64,000 nucleotides of DNA from Leptogorgia sarmentosa. Taxonomy: Eukaryota. Made by a program: the position numbers and the translations under genes. The DNA is taken from positions 11,656,001 to 11,720,000 of the forward strand of contig OZ210885.1 of assembly GCA_964658305.1 (NCBI GenBank), read 5' to 3'. Positions 58,398 through 64,000 of this stretch are shown here, piece by piece. Positions within the stretch are counted from its first letter, which is position 1. Every line of letters begins with the position of its first letter. The notes beneath the pieces were generated by a model. It saw only the letters and a program-made list of their open reading frames with translations, was not told where the DNA came from and searched no databases.

Positions 58398-58969
58398 TCC
58401 AACTTGTCTGGTTGTAGAGTCGATGCTACATTAAGTCGCTGGCTCAGTGATAAACAATAAATCCTTTAATAAGTAAAAATACAACTCATACAATATAAAC
58501 TTTAAATATGAACAACCGCCATATTGTTCTCGTCCCTATCCAACCATGTGTTCGCACTTTTTGGCGATTACGTCATTGTCAATAATGTCCCGTATTTATC
58601 TTAAATCGTTCGCACACTGGTCTTTGTGCATTTTCGGCCACCGAGGTTTTTAAGTGATCAACCTGCAAATAAATAAATGTAAAATATTCAATGCGAAATC
58701 CAAACACGTAGGTTTCTCCTCGTGTTCTGGAGACACAAGTTTTATTGCCTATTAATTTTCAAGAAGATTGAAAATGATCTCCGCAACCTTGTTGTATTAT
58801 ACAAACGTAAAATACCTTCTCGTAATTTTCCAGCCTTCTTTCTATCGATTCTTTTTTCCGTAGATCCTAAAGATAATTACGAAAGAATTTTTTCACTGTT
58901 TAAAAATCTCCCACAGAACACATGAATGAAAAAACACAGGACACACGAACGATCCATCCAGTCACGTAC

Positions 58970-59016
58970 TTCTTGTTTGTCAATTTCTTGTTGTATATTT
59001 TGCTCCGTCAATTTCT
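58970..59016 (-). CDS. Putative short coiled-coil exon
   Basis: TTTAG / GTACGT; KLTEQNIQQEIDKQE; phase 1-0. Confidence 0.45.
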
Positions 59017-59269
59017 CTAAATAACGTAAGAAAAAGCAATCAAGTTACCATGAAGATTAAACACAACTTCAGTAACTAATCAATGATGGTATTAAGAAAT
59101 AATAAAAAATCCTTACTCAACTTTTTCTTGTACCCCTCAATAATGATTCATATTTAGCCTAAAGGAATGAAAGCATCTGATTACTTCACATCACGATATC
59201 ACGGTTCATTTACAGCAACAACTAAGTCATCGGCTTCACAATTTTTAGATCAATTTCTTATAGAAATAC

Positions 59270-59388
59270 CATAGGTAGCCCAGCGCACGCATGACGTAAC
59301 ATTCAGTAGTATAATATGATCATATATATCATAATATATCATATTATACTACTCGATGTTACGTCATGCGTGCGTTGGGCTACCTATG
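59270..59388. mobile_element. 119-bp palindromic MITE with a 7-bp TSD (P-element-like)
   Basis: CATAGGTAGCCCAGCGCACGCATGACGTAACAT.../...ATGTTACGTCATGCGTGCGTTGGGCTACCTATG; GAAATAC on both sides. Confidence 0.85.
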
Positions 59389-59701
59389 GAAATACTCCTC
59401 CAGCCGTATTAAACAAGATATGATCTTATATCCACGTATAACATGTGCATTTATATTTAATAAAGCACCGATCGTTCTACATGTGTTGTTAGATTATTGA
59501 AAGTTTGTGCACGATGGCGTTTCAACATGAGGCTGAATGGATAATACATTAAAAAACGTATGACAGTTTCTTTCGTGTGGCGAAGGACATGAACTTCATC
59601 TCGTAACTCTCGAGATTCTTGAGCCAGACTTTGAAGTTGTGCTATCTATAATACAAAAAAACACGACTCAAAAACATGTCAGTGCTTTTTATGTTTTAAT
59701 G

Positions 59702-62700
59702 CACTGTAAAACTGGAGGAGTAAATATTACTCTTTCGGAGAGTAACTATTACCCATGTAAGAGGAGTAATCTATTTTGGGGTAGAAATTACTCCCGAATT
59801 GAGGGTAATTTGTACTTTAGGGGTAGAATATAGAAGAGTAATTTGACATGGGGTAAATTTTACCCCTGTTACGAGGGTAGTTGATTGCGGTGTAACTCGG
59901 TTGTAAAATAAAAAGGGGTAAAAATTACCCCACGCTTACCCCCCAATTTTTCAAGATGGCGGCGACAATAAGGAGCGCCGAGATTTCTAAGCTATTTCTG
60001 CGCTGGCAATACTGAAATTCCGCAAGCTATTATCCAACATTTATCATTTACTAATGATGTTGAATAAACGGTCCACTCTTGGCAAATAACAAGGTAAGCC
60101 GAACTACATTATTCATTATTTTTGAAGTGTTTAATTACCGTCTTTATCGACGAAAGCGCGCTACGTTTCTTTCCCCGCCGTGTATTCAATGTGTAGCTTT
60201 TGCCATTGTTATGAAATGTGAATGAAGCTATGTTATTGCGCCTCACATATAAATGTTAAAAAGTGAAGCTGAAAGGACAAATAGTTTAATAATTCTCATA
60301 CAGTGATTATTACTTTGAATAGACGTAGTATTTGTACACAGAGCAGCACATTTGCTCGGAAAGGTTTGCTGTGAAGTTTGGTTGCAAAATATTTCACAAT
60401 ATGCATAGAATATACAGTCATGGAAATTTTGCGGATTTTGTATACTTTTGTATTACGTGCGCGCAAAGGCCTTACAATATTTCAAAATGTAATTCTAAAT
60501 TTGTAGTCTTGCATGTTGTGCATTTGTCCACAAATCAAATTTAATCTGACAGCAATAGAAACAAATGTTTGTAAATTTATCAAGTCGTGACACAATGATT
60601 AACTCTTCTGTGTCCACGTGTTTCAAATCTACCAATCAGTGAATGCGCATTTTTGGCGCTGAATTACGATAGTAAAATAACGAAACAATCAGGCTTCTCC
60701 TCTTTCGCGCTTCATCTTCGTTCGTGATCAAAGCAGTGTTGGGTTTGTATAACATCAACGCGTTTCACAGGTAAGCGCTTCTTATTTGTTTGATACACTG
60801 CATGTTTATACATACAAGCGTCGCTGTCGCGAAATCTCGCGACTCTGAGTAGATCAATATATATTCAATTCAACAATATATGTGCGTTGATTAACATTGT
60901 ATAATTCCTGCGTGATTTGTAAGTTGTACTTTTATGAACGAACTTATCGCCGCCAATGCGCACTGAATCCGATGGTTTATGTATGTCGGCGCGCTAACAT
61001 AAACATAAGCAATAAATTCGGTGGCAACACCTAGCCAAGTCTCTTCACTCTTCGTCAAGTATCAATTATATTTATATATATGCATGGCTTATTACATTCC
61101 GGCTGACTCTTACATTGTAGTATATATAGTTGCTATGAAATCTTAAAAGCTTTTAAAGTTTATTATACTCTATATATTGCTGAATTCCACGTTCAAATAT
61201 TGCGTGTTGTTGCCACAAACTGATCAAGGTTAAGGTTCATTTGCGTTGTTGGAATGCAAAAAATGCGGGTTTGATCAATAACAGCATTCGGTGCTATTAA
61301 ATTGTGTGTGTAATTTTGTATGTTGAAACTCTTCAAAATCAACAGTTTTGTTAAATGCTTTTGCTCATGTAAAAGTCATGTAAAATTTGTTAGAACTTGT
61401 ATACCTGTTTTTTTTTAATCTTATGCGGTGATTGTGTGGCGTGATTCATGTTTCAGTATGCATGTCTAGTCGGTAAGGAAATTATCAGTTCCTATGTAAA
61501 CTACACACTTTATTATGAACCTCGATATGGAACTATTAAGAAGATGTGTTCATTAAGAACAGACCCAACTTACTGTTTTTTGTGACAATGGCCACGCTCT
61601 TATTCTGTAAATAATACATGCCAACATGATATAGCTCATTTGTATATTTTCCAAAGCATCAGGCATTAGGCTTTGTGTATAATATATGTAGATCTGGAGA
61701 GACTAAATATCATTACATCGCATATGTTCAAGTCGCATGAAGATCTCCTATATTCTTAACCATTTTGTGTAGTGTATCTCATAAAAATTTGAAATTCTTT
61801 TGGTCGCAGATTGTTTGAATATGAATTGAAATAACTCTTCACGTGCTGAAGTTTTGAGTTGGCACGACTTGAAACAGAACGTTGAGGCGACACGCCTTGC
61901 GAAGTGGAGAAGTTTCAATTTAATGAGAACAATTCTAATTTAACTAGCATGCACTGAATGCATACCTACTAGGAATGAATTTTGCGCCGTGCTGAAGTTT
62001 CGGGTTGTCTCGACCTGAAACAGAACGTTGAGGCGTCACGCCTTGCGAAGGTTGCAATTTTAATTCCTCATAGGTTCAGCTTGCATGCCAAAAAGAAAAA
62101 AATATGATGTATGAATTCCTCGCTGGAATAAAATTGGGCTTCAAAATATGAAATCGATGAAATATTCTACACGTAATGGGTAGGAAATCAACACAAATAA
62201 TTTAGCTAGTTTGAGAGTTGTATGAGCAATTTGCACATAAACGTCTACCTAATTACGAAGCGAGTTTTGAAATTATGAGATGCATATGGTATGAATATAC
62301 CTGAATGTTGAATGTTAACTTTGATTTTTTTGCTCAAGTTCCACACTTAATTGTCCAAGTTGTTCAACTTAAGAGCTGTTGTCATGCATTCAACATTTTA
62401 GGATAATCCAAACTGACCAGACACCCTGAGCAGGTTGTTTCTTGGAGCAAGAGGAGAAATTGCGCGAGAAAAGGTCATCAAGAGCGGTTTTGGCGTTACA
62501 ATTCCAAAATCTCCTGTCCTCAAGAATGGAAAGACAATGCAAAATATCACTGCAAAATTTCTGCATGATTCTACAGCTGGGAATATTGCGCGCTCGAATG
62601 AACTTTTATGTTTGTTGTTAATTTTAAATATAGATTTTAAAATACTCTAATAAATTGACCCGCCATATAGATGTGTGTATTGTGTATTACAACAATAAAA

Positions 62701-63048
62701 TTGGAGTACTACAAGTGAAGTTCGATGTATCATTACTCATGCAGGTTCCTGCCGAAATTACTTCAATTCAAATTGTAGTAAAATATTGCCCCGTTGTGTA
62801 CCAGGAGTAAAAATTACCCATCTTTGGTAGAAGTGTAAAATTTACCCCATTTGGTAAGAGAGTAAAAATGACCCCATTTTTATGCGGGTGAAAATTACCC
62901 CATTTCATTTGGGGGTAAAAATTACCCTTTTTATAGGGGGGTAAAAATTACTCTTTGCGCAAAATTACTCTCAAAACCCGGGGCATTCATTGGACATGAA
63001 ATTTACCCCACTTTTTAGAGTAATTTTTACTCCCCCAGTTTTACAGTG
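59702..63048. mobile_element. Non-autonomous CACTG-ended DNA transposon (EnSpm/CACTA-like), 3.35 kb
   Basis: TIR CACTGTAAAACTGG(A/G)GGAGTAAA(T/A)ATTACTCT; 2-bp TSD TG; subterminal GTAAAAATTACCC arrays at both ends; no long ORF. Confidence 0.85.
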
Positions 63049-63247
63049 TGTAATTGCTGTTCTTTAAATTCGATCTACTCACTCGCTCACACAAACTTAA
63101 GTGTTCTTTCTCGTATGAGTCGCATCTAGTACGAAGTTCATCCCGATCCATAAATAATAGTGAAATTTGTAAAGAAAAAATTCCTGAAAAAAGAAAGAAA
63201 ACAAAACAAACAATCCAGTAGTAGGAAGAGTTTCAACACGAACATAC

Positions 63248-63342
63248 TTGACTCAAGAGCGCAGTTCTCTTCCCTTAGTTGTTCCACCTCTTCCCTTAAT
63301 TGTTCCGCCTCTAGTCGAAGCCTGAAACATTCATCAGGATCT
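63248..63342 (-). CDS. Putative coiled-coil exon
   Basis: TTACAG / GTATGT; DPDECFRLRLEAEQLREEVEQLREENCALES; phase 2-1. Confidence 0.55.
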
Positions 63343-63947
63343 CTGTAAAAATAATTGCCTGTCAGGGACTGTAGTATCTTCATATCTCTGATTTTATGAG
63401 TAATACAAGCAAGGATTTCAAACGCTTCTTGAAAACTTTCCAGTAGTTACTGCATACCGCGTAAACACATTGTTTATTGGATAACATAGAACCATAGAAC
63501 TTAATTATACTATAGTCTTAAAATGTAATGCAATGTTAATGCAACAATGGGGGGGGGGGGGGGGGCTCAACTTGCTTTGCCCTGCATCGCACTTGTGCTT
63601 TACTGCAGTGTATAGTCCACTTCAAGAAAAATATTTATAAATTTTTAAAGCAGTTTACGAACCCATGTTGGTTATTATGAGTTCTTAACCGTTTATTTAA
63701 GAACTCGCACTTTTAGTTCTTCATTTTCCGCTTCGAGAATAGAGTTGTTCTCTCTCAACAATGATAACTGCATTGTAAGAATTAAAACAAATTTATATGT
63801 ATACCTACAAGTCATCACTTTTCTTTATTGATTGTTGTAAACTGATGCTGACAAAACCTGGTTTAGTCATTTACTCAGCGTTACACAATGTAAAATGTGC
63901 CACTAAAAAAAATTAATGATCGACCATAACAGTACATATGCTCATAC

Positions 63948-64000
63948 TTGTCCATCTTATTCATGACATCTTTGCGAGATGTCTTCATTTTCTTGAATTG
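63948..64000 (-). CDS. Putative exon cut by the window edge
   Basis: QFKKMKTSRKDVMNKMD, then a GTATGA donor; phase 2 matches the exon at 63342. Confidence 0.4.

Overview
AT-rich eukaryotic (animal) DNA; a cnidarian/anthozoan origin is an inference from the repeat and gene families and is not proven. It is not prokaryotic and has no CRISPR array. From left to right: an N-terminal exon resembling a KDZ/CxC-type transposase; several MITEs; a ~1.95 kb 26-bp minisatellite inside a ~4.3 kb segment bounded by inverted motif arrays; an intronless GT10 alpha-1,3-fucosyltransferase-like gene with a strongly altered donor-binding motif; a ~20 kb mixed tRNA cluster (about 48 full-length genes or pseudogenes plus fragments, 12 amino acids) built by segmental duplication and peppered with DNA-transposon derivatives; a frameshifted fibrinogen-related pseudogene; and the 3' exons of a minus-strand WD40-repeat gene. 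Its introns hold a young full-length Gypsy LTR retrotransposon, a DIRS-type recombinase relic and a head-to-head pair of Crypton-like elements. A broken LINE, coiled-coil exons and a 3.3 kb CACTG-ended element follow. Most notable are (1) tRNA-Thr(AGT) genes with a 12-nt insert at the canonical 37/38 intron site that looks born from a tandem duplication of the anticodon arm, (2) a textbook -1 frameshift cassette (U_UUA_AAC plus H-type pseudoknot) in the Gypsy element, (3) the non-canonical GT10 motif, and (4) the hairpin-ended Crypton pair. All coordinates were read by eye and no searches were run.
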